DNA of 64,000 nucleotides from an uncultured Nitrososphaerota archaeon (lineage in GTDB: Archaea; Thermoproteota; Nitrososphaeria; Nitrososphaerales; Nitrosopumilaceae). Positions 62,931 to 64,000 of the stretch are shown piece by piece (the first letter of the stretch is position 1; each line of letters starts with the position of its first letter). Made by a program: the position numbers and the translations under genes. The notes under the pieces were generated by a model. The model saw only the letters and a program-made list of their open reading frames with translations. It was not told where the DNA came from and did no database searches. Where the stretch lies: positions 960,001 through 1,024,000 of the forward strand of contig OY969559.1 of assembly GCA_963701075.1 (NCBI GenBank), given 5' to 3'.

Positions 62931-64000
62931 CTATGTCTTAATGATGACCTTTCCATTATTTAGGCGGGTCATCTTCGCTTCTATCTCTAATTTTATAGTA
63001 TTATGCTCTGACTCATTCTCTTTGATCTCTTTTTCTATTTTTTCATCAGATGCTTCCAAGTCAGCTATGTTTGATCTTGCCTTTTCAAGTTCTCTTTCTT
63101 TTACTTCTAATGTTTTTACATCAAATACGTTTAAACTAACTTCTAGATCAGTAATCTTCTTTGCAAAAGTAGCTTTTAGTTTTAAAAATTCATCCAGTCT
63201 ATCTATTGTTTCTTCAATTAGTTCTATTGCCTTGTCTGAATCTTTTACTGAGACATTTCCTGCCACAACTGACTTTGCAGCTGCCTGTAAAATCTCAATT
63301 ACTGGTTCTTTGTTGTGGATTGAAATAACTTCGTAGGGATCAGAAATAAGTTCCTCCATCAACTTTTTCATTGGCTTGTCAAATGAAGAAACATAACTAT
63401 ACTTGCTGAGTGGTCTTGCAATCTTGGTAAACTGTGCATCTATTTTTCTCTTTATTTCGTGTTTCTCATGAGATAGTAAATCTATTTTTTTTCGTACTTC
63501 TAAGAATTCTCTATGTTCAGGTTTTGCTCTTAGTCCAGATATCTCTAGTTCAAGTCTTGCAACTGTGTGCAACGTCTCCTTTTTCTCATTTCTAACCTCA
63601 ATTAACCTGTGATTTTTTTGTCTTTCTTCAATTTTTAAATTGTCAATTTTTTTAATGAGATCAAGTATGTATGAACAATCTGATTTGAAACTTTCATGTT
63701 CATTTATTAATATCTGTAAGGCGTTTCTATTTTGGGCAAGCTTTGCAATCTCTTCTTTGAGTTTATCCGCATATTTTCTTGCAAAAACATGCATCACTCT
63801 TGTATGTAATCCCAAAATGTCTCCTATTCTCTTGAGTGTTTGACTAACTTCATTATTGACGGCTACTACATCCTCATATCTCTGAATATTGGTTAATTTG
63901 ACGCTAGTTTCCTTCTTGATGGTTGACACCACCGCATCTTTGCCTCTCTTTCCAACTGTCTTTAGATTCTTGTCCACATCATCAAGTTTTAGGTCATCTG
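62931..64000 (-). CDS. Coiled-coil protein (5' end probably beyond the window)
   Basis: K/E-rich heptads; frame is open up to the window edge. Confidence 0.7.
   Translation of the reverse strand, partial: DDLKLDDVDKNLKTVGKRGKDAVVSTIKKETSVKLTNIQRYEDVVAVNNEVSQTLKRIGDILGLHTRVMHVFARKYADKLKEEIAKLAQNRNALQILINEHESFKSDCSYILDLIKKIDNLKIEERQKNHRLIEVRNEKKETLHTVARLELEISGLRAKPEHREFLEVRKKIDLLSHEKHEIKRKIDAQFTKIARPLSKYSYVSSFDKPMKKLMEELISDPYEVISIHNKEPVIEILQAAAKSVVAGNVSVKDSDKAIELIEETIDRLDEFLKLKATFAKKITDLEVSLNVFDVKTLEVKERELEKARSNIADLEASDEKIEKEIKENESEHNTIKLEIEAKMTRLNNGKVIIKT

Noticed and set aside
1156-63843. Numerous antisense or nested ORFs in the track (e.g. 5776-6285, 18769-19221, 56199-56867)
   Set aside because: Shadow ORFs of well-supported genes on the other strand or frame

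Overview
Archaeal chromosomal window. Gene content (class I LysRS, Elp3, TFB, RIO1, Tsr3, aIF1, Sec61beta, cofC/D/G/H, RNase P RNA, lamin-tail surface protein) points to an ammonia-oxidising Thaumarchaeote (Nitrososphaerota), probably Nitrosotalea/Nitrosopumilales-like. Core genes occupy about 1-19.6 kb and 44.5-64 kb. Between them is a ~24.7 kb, mostly more AT-rich island that starts at tRNA-Pro(TGG) and an intact tyrosine integrase. It ends at a degenerate, inverted copy of the tRNA 3' end at 44378-44400. The cargo looks defensive: an ATPase-wHTH, a nuclease-DGQHR protein, a type I R-M system with YgjP, a fused HTH-nucleotidyltransferase, a GTPase plus GAP1-N2/DENN-like pair, a HEPN-like helical protein, a HEPN protein and a DUF3892-like protein. 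The most unusual signal is at 21.35-23.26 kb. The ATPase-wHTH gene is delimited almost exactly by two 40-bp four-box palindromic direct repeats, and sits among several other gene-less tandem palindromes of similar design. This suggests an operator or cassette array. Three island ORFs appear split by +1 frameshifts. All calls come from reading motifs by eye; no database searches were run.
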